64,000 nucleotides of DNA from Epiperipatus broadwayi. Lineage: Eukaryota > Animalia > Onychophora. Below the pieces are notes generated by a model. The model saw nothing but the letters and a program-made list of their open reading frames with translations, was not told the origin of the DNA and ran no database searches. A program made the position numbers and the translations under genes. Position 1 is the first letter of the stretch; each line of letters opens with the position of its first letter. Below are positions 12,201-22,901 of this stretch, one piece after another. Where the stretch lies: the NCBI GenBank assembly GCA_028023455.1, contig JAQFVV010000009.1, positions 9,052,001 through 9,116,000 of the forward strand. The letters run 5' to 3'.

Positions 12201-12649
12201 GAGTAGCAATATAGCAATCCTAATCAAAAGTTTGTCTCAACGTTTAATATATACATTTTTAAATAAATGCTTGGACACATTTATTTTTTACATTATATTA
12301 TGATCGTATATTATGTTGAGGCCCGTGTAACGCAGTAAACATATATGTATGTGGTCAGAGGGAGTAAAATTAGGGTTCGGCGTGCTTAAGATATATATGA
12401 TGGTCAATAATAAAATTTTATTTAATTTTTTGATATACAATTTTTCGTGTAATTTTCTCAATATATAAAGGGGGAGGGATTCCGAGTTTTGCACTATTTT
12501 TACAAAAAAATCAGAGAAAATAAATTGACTTAAAAATATTTTCACTTCTGCACCAAAATATCCAGCAAGCGGCAAATAATTTTTTATGGTATTACAATTT
12601 ATTATGAAATCAGAAAAAATAAATTCATTTTTAAAAAATAATAAAATAC

Positions 12650-12671
12650 CTTCACTTCTACAATAAGACAT
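12650..12671 (-). CDS. CHCHD4: CHCHD4/MIA40 first coding micro-exon (23-nt exon 12650-12672)
   Basis: ctaactgcag|G ATG TCT TAT TGT AGA AGT GAA G|gtattt = MSYCRSE(G). It has a branch-like CTAAC, an AG acceptor and a phase-1 donor that joins in frame to 4007-4099. Confidence 0.9.
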
Positions 12672-12699
12672 CCTGCAGTTAGCTTCAAATAATTTTTTA

Positions 12700-13930
12700 T
12701 AGCATTAGCCAAAACTAGTTTCAACAAACTTTTTAAAAAAACAGTACAGAAATAGAAATTTCCAGCTAGTTATAGCTAGAAGTCATGATTCACATGGAGG
12801 AATCCATATGATCTCGTCTGTCTTTACTGGTGGCGAGATAATGAAACTTCAGAGAGTAAATTATGAAAGCACAACTATACACTTCAAAATTACGTGGCGA
12901 TTTTCACCTGTTTCCATGTAGAGACAAAGCCACACCTGTAAGATTTAAGATGTCAGAAAGTAAGAGCATATTAACGCTTGTATTTTAAATGTTATTTTTT
13001 TTGACATATTTTATATTTTGAGATTGCTATTACTTTTTTTTTTATAATAATAATAGTTTCAACTTAAAAGATATAAAAATCTAACTTCTCTGCAACATAT
13101 TGCTAACAGTTTTTCTTCGGTGTGAAGATAGCCTTTTATTTATCAATCAAGGGAATTTGTAAAAAATTTTTTTACTAAATTATCACTTATTATTTCAATC
13201 ATCCCATAAGTATTTATTAGATTAAATAACAAATAATAATTCAAAATTTGCGATTAAAACATTTCATAGTCTCCTACTTTCGAAATGCTTTTAAATTTTA
13301 ATGTAGTTTTTTTTAATATTTTATTTTGCAGATTCTCTTGATTTCCAAGTGCAGTTTAGACTGTAACCTTAAACCACAAAAAATAAAATAGGTCGGCTAC
13401 ATAGATTAACATTTTGTGATAACTTATTTTACGATCCATTAACTAAATGGACTTTTAAAATAAAGTTTTATTTGTTTTTTTTTATATTATCTTAAAGGAG
13501 TTGAATTTTAAGATAAAAAATCAGTTTAATCCTTGCCTAATAATGGAATATTGTATCTTATGAAGTTGCAACATTTGAAATCTATTGTTGTCTTCAATCA
13601 ATTATAACGGAGTAATAATATTTGAATTGTATTTATTGTTTACTTATATAGTACGCGCAGTGATCATTCACCGACGATGACAAACGCCAGTTGCCACGAT
13701 ACTTATTTTTCTTATTTTTTAAACTGCAGATTAAGATGTTATCAAGTAATATAACTCATGTGTGATATTGATTGCCGTATTTTTTATTTAACACTCCATA
13801 TATATATATTGTTATCAAGAGTGAATACATAGCGTGCAATTCTCAACTTCTTGGCCTAAGAAAGTACGGTATTTTAGAAAAAGCTTGTATGTTTTTATGG
13901 CTTTAACTTGTTTTAAAATTCAGTTGTCAG
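12700..13930. promoter_or_regulatory. Probable bidirectional promoter / 5' UTR region between CHCHD4 and the SLC35A gene
   Basis: The two start codons (12671 on minus, 13931 on plus) are ~1.26 kb apart and divergent. There is local CpG enrichment at ~13650-13700 (GTACGCGCAG...CACCGACG...AAACGCC...CCACG). Transcription start sites cannot be placed from the sequence. Confidence 0.5.
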
Positions 13931-13973
13931 ATGCTCAAATATGCATTGCCTAACAACAGATTGGCGATTCCTG
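13931..13973 (+). CDS. SLC35A2: Candidate first coding exon of the SLC35A2/Ugalt-like transporter
   Basis: ttgtcag|ATG CTC AAA TAT GCA TTG CCT AAC AAC AGA TTG GCG ATT CCT G|gtgata. The phase-1 end fits the phase-1 start of exon 37411 and gives a 344-aa protein. The donor is non-optimal and there is no homology support for this N-terminus. Confidence 0.4.
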
Positions 13974-16900
13974 GTGATAAGCTTGCGCTATTATCATGTA
14001 ATTTAAAAGTATTTTACAATTGAAATAGATGCAATATATCTTGACCATTACAATTACACAGCGGACAGGTATAAATAGAAATGCTAATATGCTGTAAACA
14101 TAAAACTTATGAAAGAAGGTGGATCTTCATGATTGGAAGAAACATTATAATTATGTTTTGTGGGATTTTATTTTTTTTATCCGATAGTAGGAAACATGAT
14201 TAAAGATGCAATGTTTAATTTCTTCATTAGATCATTGAAGTAATGAGATTATAGATTGTTTCCTAGATATATGATCTCACAGTTTGTTTCATTTTATCAA
14301 CAGTTGTGTTTGGGAAGTTCTTTTAGGATTCACAATATGCTAGGGAACTAACAGGAATTCTGTTAATAATTTTTAAAACAATTATATGATGTAGATATCA
14401 AGAGGAAAAGGTTAGGATTTTATTTTGGAGAGGATCTCAGGAATGCTGAGAAGAGTAATAGATAAGCATAGCTGATTAGTATTTTCTTTCATGTGCCAAA
14501 TTATCACAGAACAGAATTGGTAGATTAGTGATGAATCAGTAAGGGATGGAAAATTATTTAAGATGTGTGTTAGTACATAAACATTGAATTTTTGTGTCAA
14601 AGCATAGATATAGCTCATAAATTTCTAATGGGTAATTCAATAAAGATCTCAAACAATCATTGCAAATAGTAGTTCTTTGTAGAATGCTAATACTGTAGCT
14701 TAAATATTTTTATAACTAAGACGAGATATTGATACTGGAGATGATACTTTGTAAGCTTCAAGATTGATAAATTAACACTGACTTGGAAGTCAATTTATAT
14801 AATCCATAAACTTAATTTATTTTGCTTATAAAGTTAGTTTTTATAACTATAATATGTGTTACTCCTAGACCTTACTCATAGTGGAATAGCAATATTTCTC
14901 AAGTATAAGTTCACTCAGCCTTCTTAAAATGAGATATGCAAATATATTTTGTTAGTATCCTCAAGTGTTATTTGTCTCAGTTCATTTCATATAAGTTGTT
15001 TATAACTGGCTTTATATATATATATAAAATATGCTATTGGAAGATAAGTGAGACAATTTTCAGGATTGTATAATTGTTTGCAGTGTTTACTGCAATGATT
15101 GAATCAATGGCTAGAACTATATATATTATTTAATTTATTTATTTCATGTTGTATATTTTCTTGAAAGTTTGTACTTTTGCAATATTGGGATATTTGATGA
15201 ATTTTTGATATATTATTATTGCTACAAATCTTCCCATCAAGTTGATTATTATTAATAAAGAAATCTTATAGTAATACTTTGAATCTTTGATAATATTGGA
15301 AATGAATTTGAGTAAATATATTACAGATTGCATTGAAAAACCTTATAATATTAATTAATTCATTTATGTGCTTTCCCCATCATTATTCAATTTTTTTTTC
15401 ATCTCTAAAAGTCCTGCTCATATGCCTAGGGATAATCATATCTCAAGTTGTGAATAACTGTTCTAGCTAATAGAAGTCTTTGCAATAGATAATGCTGCAT
15501 ATGGAAACAAGTTTATTAAAATAAATGCCATTGTTTTTATGTTCTACATCCAAGATTTACTTGTGAGCTGTTAGAAAAGTGTTATAATACTTCTCTACAA
15601 ATCAATATTATTTGCTTCTGGGACTTGTGAGGAACTTTAAATAAATATTTTAATTTTAGCATAATCACTATTTCTTAATAAATTTGCTTGCTTAATTTTT
15701 AAATTCCATTTAATGTGTATTTCATTATTTCATTTGCATTTTTTGATTTTCTTTAGGCAGATAGCATTATTACATTGATGGACAAAGAATCTATTTAAAC
15801 ATTTGTGATAGGCTAGTAAAGGTTTCATCTGATTTCTTTTGTTTTAATTTTTATAGTTTCTTTATTTTGTTTTTTGATAACTTTATTTTGGATTCTGAAA
15901 TTGAACTTTTCAAATGTTTTATAGAAGCTTTTTTTTATTATTATAAATAATGTAATTTTAATGTTTTTTGTATTAAACATTGCTACTGCAATGGATGATG
16001 ATCTGGAAGCATTAAGATCATTTTTTAAAGTAAGAAATTATAATAGTGTGTACAATTATAGTGTGTAGAATATTGCAACTATTAATTTGTTCTTAGATAA
16101 AGTTTGATAGAGATCAATATGATATAATGTTCAACAACTGATTATATCTGTTGGTTCATTAGTATATCCACATTCTTAACATTTCAGTTAAATTTTTCCT
16201 TTTTGTCAATTTTTCATTTGACAGGTATTATTTATGTATCTTATAGTCATTTTCTAAGTTCACCATTTCTTTAAGTCATTTCTAGATGAATATGTTATAA
16301 TGCTTTCTTTACCAAATCACTGAAAATCGGAGGTAATTTGTTGAGGTTATTTTTTATTTCAATTGTAAGTTAATGAAGCAAAGTAATGTGCAAAAATTTA
16401 TATCTGAGAACATTGGCAAATTGAATTATTATTATTTTTGTCTTGTTTTTGTGGATCAAATTTTATCCAATACATCTTGACTATGAAAGGTAAAATGTGA
16501 TAATTGTATACAGTTAGTTGAGCTTCTACTTTTGGTATCGGGGGAAGGGAACAATTATCCTTTTAGCACCACAATAACTTTAATTCTTAGCCTATCTGCC
16601 TATTTTAAGTGTATAATATTTGAAACATATGTATATTCTGTATACTGTTTCAAGAAAAGTTTCTCTGAAGTTTTGAAATAATATTTTATTTGTAATTACA
16701 TGTTAGGCTAGTTTCATCATTTTACTGAATTATTTATTTCTAGAAAAATTCAAATTTTATCATTTTTCAAATGCATTCAGTTGATAGTACTATCATATAG
16801 ATTATTATATAACATGTTTTGATGGTATTATTCCCCCCTTTTTTTTAAAGATGTTGTAGACTGATCATTAGTATTTTAGTACAGATATTAAAAATAATTT

Positions 16901-16999
16901 TCAGGTTCATGACAACTTAATTTAAGGTGATGCTATGTTATTTTATCAGTCAGTTATCAGTAGAAATTTTATATACTTTTCTATGATGGTTCTTCTGAT

Positions 17000-17990
17000 T
17001 TCTTTATTTTTTCTTTTTGAGGGCAAAGTTAATAAATGGTTTCCAAACATTATGAATTATTGCATAGGTTCACTTATACGATTATTTATCATTGTAATAT
17101 GACCAGGTTTTAAAATCTTTTTCATATCTTTTCCTTGTTGGTCAACATTCCATTGTTTTATCAATTGAACTTATATTTTTTGGTATATTCATGGTCAGCG
17201 TTTTTTCTTTTCTGATCAAATGTTTTGTGCTTTTTAATCACCCAATTTCACCAATGCATGTCTTTCTACATTCACATGATATTATTTAAATGCAACTCTT
17301 AGTTTTCTGTATTTCATATTTCAATTTTCTACAAGTTAGGATTTCTTACAATATATTATGGCTCTTTGAAGCTTTCTGAATGCATATTTTCTTTAGTTTG
17401 TCTAACATATCATTGTTTTTTTTTTTTTTATATTACTTTTTGTTGTCTATTTAAAGTTTTCTTCATAATAGCTGATGAATAAACACTCTTCATGAGAGTT
17501 TGTTCTATCATGAATCTTTCTTTTTCCAAATTACTGACTTTTAAACAAATTTCTTTTGTTCTGTTTTATAATGGAAATATAATTTCACTTTTTACGTTTC
17601 TGTCATAATTGGATGTGTATGCTAAGTATTTTCTTGTGTAGGGGAGATTTTCTATAAACAGTAGTTTTGATTTTACCATGAGGTAGTTTTGTCACAATTG
17701 AAAGAGATATGTTGTTGATATGTATCCAGAATGTTTGTAATATTTCACCATACCGCTATGCAATGAATATATTCTCATTGTGAAGCTGGACTTTTGGTCA
17801 AGTTATAGTATTTATAATGGTGATTTCAAATTATCCTGTGTAAGTGTTGAAAATCAACGGTGACAGTTGGATTCTATAATATCCATATCTTGATTTTGTT
17901 GAAAATTTTCTATATTGTATATGCATAATGTTAAGAATTCTATTAAATAATCTTGGAAAAAGTTATTCTGGTATGAAGACTATCATTAAG
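17000..17990 (-). mobile_element. Old, decayed Penelope-like element (RT thumb plus GIY-YIG half)
   Basis: Minus-strand frames read IVTKLPHGKIKTTVYRKSP/TRKYLAYTSNYDRNVK (PLE thumb VYRKPTHT.RYL...S.H) at ~17590-17698. They also read SCECRKTCIGEIG (GIY-YIG C..C...YIGETG) at ~17240-17280. Confidence 0.7.
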
Positions 17991-17995
17991 CACAT

Positions 17996-18825
17996 AATGA
18001 AAACACACAGTAAGGTTTCAATTCAAGCTCATCAGCTTCTATTGTTATATAGATCTGAACTCAGTTGAACATACATTTTGGTGTCTTTGGTTCATTAACA
18101 ACCACAGCTTATGCTTACATAAGCTGTTTACATAGAGTCAAAACTCTTACCCAGTAGCACCATTTAGTACAAGCCAGAGTAATCAATGGATGCAGGAAGG
18201 TTTGTCATAAAATCCCTATCCAGTGCCTACTCATCCAATATCCCCACACTAGTTTCTAGCTTGTGGCTTTCATCAGTGAAAAGTCTTGGATCTGAGAGCA
18301 CTGCACCTAGATCTTAGGATTTAATGCAATCCTCTAGAAGCCACCTTTTACCTCATTAGCTAACTATAAAGTTTTGAGTCCAAAATGAAAACACAATAAT
18401 ATTTTCAATTCACGCTCATCAGTTTGTATAGTCATATAAATCTGAACTCAGTTCTGTATCCCTATTTTTTGGTGTCTTTGGTTCTTTAATAACAACAGTC
18501 ACCATAATCCCACTGGTATTAAACCACTAAACGTCATTTGATCACCATTCTTTATGCTTACACAAGCTGTTTATACAGAGGCAAAACTCTCCATACAGTA
18601 GCACCACTAAGTGCAGGCCATAGTAATCAATGGATACAAGATGGTTTGTGCATAAAATCCCTATCCAGTGCCTACTCATTTAATATCTCCAGACTAGTTT
18701 CTAACTTGTGGCTTTAATCAGTGAGGAGCATTGGATCTGAGAACACTGTACCTAGATAATAGGATCTAATGCAACTCTCCAGCAGCCACCTTTTATCTTA
18801 TTAGCTAACTATAAAGCTTTGAGTT
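17996..18825 (-). repeat. Family A retrozyme-like repeat, ~1.9 tandem units (older subfamily)
   Basis: Period 445 (18247 versus 18692). The HHRs read TTTTCA CTGATGA A AGC CACAA GCT A GAAA CTAG TG (18241-18282, non-cleavable GUG) and CTGATTA A AGC CACAA GTT A GAAA CTAG TC (~18686-18727, G8 mutated). Confidence 0.88.
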
Positions 18826-19934
18826 CAGGAATTATATTCCTATCAATTGTATTTTTAGTATTGAACTATTTTTATTTCTAATATGTTTGCAGTCTATTTA
18901 AAATGATCATGTTTATTCTTATTAAGTACTTTAAAATATTGCTATCATCATAATTTTTTTATCAAATAGAACTTTAGTTTTTGAGAATAATCTGTAGTTT
19001 AATAATCATTATAAATTTTTCTCCTTTTTTGATACAAAATTACATTTAAGAGTACTTACTTTCTCATTTCAATAACAAACTTTTTAAACTGCTTTTTTAA
19101 ATGAATAATATTAATATCAACTCTAGTCATAGGTCTCAAATTTTTACTCTTATTTAAATAATTACATAATAAAACATTTTATTTTGACTTTTAATATTAA
19201 GAAATCAAAAATTTAAATATAAGCTAATCCAATTCCTCTTCTAAAATATATTTTATAGATAGATTAAAATTTAAATTTATTTATCAAGTCTTCCAATCTT
19301 TTCTTACCTACTACAAATATATAATCATCCACATACCTAAAAATAATTTTGAATAATTACGTTTATCATCAGTAATCATTTTTTCAAATAATTAGTATAA
19401 GCAGAACAAATTAAAGGAGAAATAATATAACTTATTCAATTTTTTTAATTTTACGAAACATTATAAGTAAATATGTAAAAAAATTTAATAACTAAATAAG
19501 TTTCTGTGTATTTTACTTATAATAATAAGTTTATAAAAAAGAAAATTGACTATGTCATTTTATTTCTTCTTTAATTTGTTTGGTTCATAGTAATTATTTA
19601 GTGAAAATGATTACTGTTCATAAGTGTGATTATCCAAATTATTTGTTAGATATATGAATGACCTCGGTTTATTAGAAAAGTTGTTAAATAAATTTAAGTT
19701 TTTTATATACAAATATATTTTAGAAGGTGTGTAGGGAGTTAAATTTTAAAAAATATTTGAATTTCTTAGTTATAAGAATTAAAAGAAAATTTTTGTGGCA
19801 TAATTATTTGATTAAAAATAAGAGATTTGAGACCAGTAATTAAACCAGTTAATTATCAGCATATTGTTAATATATACAATCAAAACTACCCCAAATCTAA
19901 AATTAAACCAGACCAGAATAAAAATAATATTAAA

Positions 19935-19978
19935 ACACAACCTAAGGTTTCACTGCTACAAGCAGACTTCTCAAGTGT
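19935..19978 (-). ncRNA. Variant (U3-A8) type I hammerhead ribozyme in PLE pseudo-LTR, copy 1
   Basis: ACAC TTGAGAA GT CTGC TTGTA GCAG T GAAA CC TTA GG TT GTGT. Identical in all four pseudo-LTRs. Confidence 0.7.
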
Positions 19979-20015
19979 AAAGAAATAATAAAAAAAACAC
20001 AACTTATATATACTA

Positions 20016-22412
20016 TTAAAAACTACCCACAAATCCATTCACTTCCCATCCACCCTTAATATTAAAAGAACTCTTAAATAAGTTAATTGCTTCAGAATCA
20101 TAAATTTTCAATAATAAAGACTCTTTAATTCTTCTTTTGATTTCATTTCTCTCAAAGAAGACAACCTTAGCTTCATCAAAATCAATAGTGTGGCCTGTAT
20201 CTTTTTCATGGACATACAAAGCAGAACTAAGATATCTATTTTTAACTCTACTTTTATGAACCTTTACTCTTTCATTTAAACTCAAACTACTCTGACCTAT
20301 GTAAACCTTCTTACAAAATAAACAAGGAATAAAATATACCACACCAGGAATAGTCTTTCTATCAAAAACTTCCTTTGTATTATTCAATAAATTATTCAAT
20401 GTAACACCCCTTTTCCAAGCAATTTTCTTATTTCCAAACAATTTACTATTTCTACACACAATTTTATAAGAAGACAATTTAAATGGCAAAGAAATAAAAT
20501 CATATTTTTCTTTAACCTTTACATCCTTACAAATATTACTATTAAATAAAATACTTTTAACAAATTTATCAGAGTATCCAACACTTAAATAATCTTTATA
20601 AAATTGATATTTCTGAAACAAAGCTACCCCCCTAGAATTATTTAATTTAATATTCCTATGACAATAATTCCTTAAAGCAGCTACTTTATGAGATACAGAC
20701 TGATAGCTATCAGGTTTAATTATAGATCTTAATTCTTTACTTTTAACTAAATGACTGCACAATAAACAATTAGTTTCTATATTTCTAATCACCAAAAGAT
20801 CTAAAAATTTTAACTTACCAAAATCTAACCCCCCTCCTTCTAACACAAATTTTATAGAAGGATCAAAACAATTAAACTCATTTACAAATTCCTTCAATTT
20901 ACCATTCTCAACAACAAATAAACAATCATCAACATATCTGACAAATAATTTTACATATAAACAATTCTTTTTAATAATAATTTCCTCTTCCATAAAACTA
21001 ATATAAACTGAACATACTAAAGGAGAAATAATATAACCTATTATCCACCCTTCCTTAATCTTATAAAAATTACCTTTATAAGTAAAATACATAGAATCTT
21101 CCAATAACAAAAGCAAATCTTTAATTACCTTAATTTTATTTTTTGATAAAGAACTTTTCTTAATCAACACAGACAAAAGAACATCAATACTGCTTAACCT
21201 ATTAACAGACTGATACATATTTTCAATATCTAAACTTCCAAATACCCAACTACTTTCCATTTTAAAATTATTAATCTTATCAAAAGCCTCAAAAGAAGAA
21301 GAAACTGTGTACTGACCAAAATCAACAAATTGTTTTAAAAAATTATTCAAGAATCTAGAAATACCTTCTACAACACTACCTGTAAAATCAAAAATAAATC
21401 TTAAAGGAAAACCATCTTTATGAGTTTTAATATTCACAAACATCTTAGCTGATGTAAAATCATTAGGATAGCATTTTAAATAATCTACTCTATTAAAAAT
21501 TTTTAAATTAACCATTTTCTTCATAATATCTATCAATTTTCTTTTAATCAAATTACCTGGATTTTTATCTAACAACATATATTTACCATTATTTAATTCT
21601 CTATCCATTTTCTCTTTGAATTCATCTCCTTTCATAATAACAAACCTACCAGCTTTGTCTTCACGAGAAATGATTACATCATTAGCAATTAACCTATTCT
21701 TAAGATGTTTAATCTCAGCAGGATTAATAACAAATTTTTCTTTCCTTTTTAAACTTTTATTCAAAATCGATTGAATACCAACTTTCTGCTCATCACTCAA
21801 ATTACTAGATTCAATAGACGAAATTGTATCAAAAACTATATTTTTTGAATGAAATGGAACAAAATTAGGGCCTTTACCAAGAATATCTAATTCTCTATCA
21901 TTTAACTTCAAATCCGTAAGATTAACAACTCTATCCTCAGAAACATTATTCTCATAACCTTTATCACTACAATAAACTTTATTAACTTTCCCAAACAACC
22001 ACTTTAATTTTCTTTCATATTTTTTACAATATAAATTTGACCTATTCTGTCTAAACTGTCTCATAAAAAAATTCAAAATTGAATAATTAAAATCTTGCCT
22101 CCTTTCTAAATAAAATCTATTCCTTTTATATAGATAAATAAATTTATAAAACCTTACAAAATTATCTTTTAAAAAACTATTCAATATATATGTTTGTAAC
22201 TTAAAAACTAAATTTTTATTTTGAATCAACTTTTTATTTTTACTAAAATTAATAACACAACACCTAGGAAAAACACTAAATTCCCTACATTTTTTAAGAA
22301 AATAAATCTGCCATCGTAAAGATTCTATCTTATCACTCAATTTAGACAAATTTTTAATCCTTCTAATATCATTAAATGGAAAATTATTAAAAATTAAGCT
22401 CCACAAACCCAT
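20016..22412 (-). CDS. Penelope-like element polyprotein (RT + GIY-YIG endonuclease), intact copy, 798 aa from the first ATG
   Basis: RT motifs KTHKDGFPLRFI, SLDIENMY, RYVDDCL and KFLDL. C-terminal GVVYFIPCLFCKKVYIGQS...ERVKVH...H GIY-YIG with CCHH. No Cys-rich linker between RT and endonuclease, consistent with the Penelope/Poseidon type. The ORF track start at 22433 is TTG; the first ATG is at 22412. Confidence 0.93.
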   Translation of the reverse strand: MGLWSLIFNNFPFNDIRRIKNLSKLSDKIESLRWQIYFLKKCREFSVFPRCCVINFSKNKKLIQNKNLVFKLQTYILNSFLKDNFVRFYKFIYLYKRNRFYLERRQDFNYSILNFFMRQFRQNRSNLYCKKYERKLKWLFGKVNKVYCSDKGYENNVSEDRVVNLTDLKLNDRELDILGKGPNFVPFHSKNIVFDTISSIESSNLSDEQKVGIQSILNKSLKRKEKFVINPAEIKHLKNRLIANDVIISREDKAGRFVIMKGDEFKEKMDRELNNGKYMLLDKNPGNLIKRKLIDIMKKMVNLKIFNRVDYLKCYPNDFTSAKMFVNIKTHKDGFPLRFIFDFTGSVVEGISRFLNNFLKQFVDFGQYTVSSSFEAFDKINNFKMESSWVFGSLDIENMYQSVNRLSSIDVLLSVLIKKSSLSKNKIKVIKDLLLLLEDSMYFTYKGNFYKIKEGWIIGYIISPLVCSVYISFMEEEIIIKKNCLYVKLFVRYVDDCLFVVENGKLKEFVNEFNCFDPSIKFVLEGGGLDFGKLKFLDLLVIRNIETNCLLCSHLVKSKELRSIIKPDSYQSVSHKVAALRNYCHRNIKLNNSRGVALFQKYQFYKDYLSVGYSDKFVKSILFNSNICKDVKVKEKYDFISLPFKLSSYKIVCRNSKLFGNKKIAWKRGVTLNNLLNNTKEVFDRKTIPGVVYFIPCLFCKKVYIGQSSLSLNERVKVHKSRVKNRYLSSALYVHEKDTGHTIDFDEAKVVFFERNEIKRRIKESLLLKIYDSEAINLFKSSFNIKGGWEVNGFVGSF

Positions 22413-22433
22413 ACTAAATACCCAAATTACCAA

Positions 22434-22640
22434 TACTCTTATAAATTAAAACCCAATAAAACCTACACACACTTCTATATATATAATATAACTAAATAAA
22501 CACAAATATACTCTTTCAACCCAAACTCACACAACAAACATAATATACATAAATGACATTCCAATATATCAATAATTAAAAAACAAAAATAAATATATCA
22601 ATAATAAAATGTCTATAATAAATATCAATAATAAAATATC

Positions 22641-22671
<31 letters not shown>

Positions 22672-22901
22672 TCTTTACACTACATCAGCAAAACTACTCT
22701 TAAACTCAAAAAACTCATTAAAATGTAAACATTACAAGCATAAAGCTAAACTAGTCAATATAAAATCAAAACTACCCCAAATCTAAAATTAAACCAGACC
22801 AGAATAAAAATAATATTAAAACACAACCTAAGGTTTCACTGCTACAAGCAGACTTCTCAAGTGTAAAGAAATAATAAAAAAAACACAACTTATATATACT
22901 A
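22434..22901 (-). repeat. PLE pseudo-LTR/spacer (~470 bp) with HHR at 22821-22864 and an (AAT)n tract; second full copy at 25319-25792 with HHR at 25710-25753
   Basis: Near-identical sequence lies between consecutive ORFs, with partial copies at both outer ends of the array. Confidence 0.88.

Noticed and set aside
12288-12671. 127-aa ORF
   Set aside because: Only the first 7 codons are the CHCHD4 micro-exon; the rest is read-through into the intron.
14100-16700. Possible additional decayed PLE RT on the minus strand (NNFPSL..., IWHMKENT, YYSSQHS, KG*LFPSP-like pieces)
   Set aside because: The motif resemblance is suggestive but too fragmentary to support by eye; it needs TBLASTN.
17474-17510. 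CTGATGA followed by a small hairpin
   Set aside because: No downstream GAAA or stem I, so not a hammerhead. The same holds for CTGATGA at ~1501, ~3799, ~36747, ~43179, ~47274 and ~55839.
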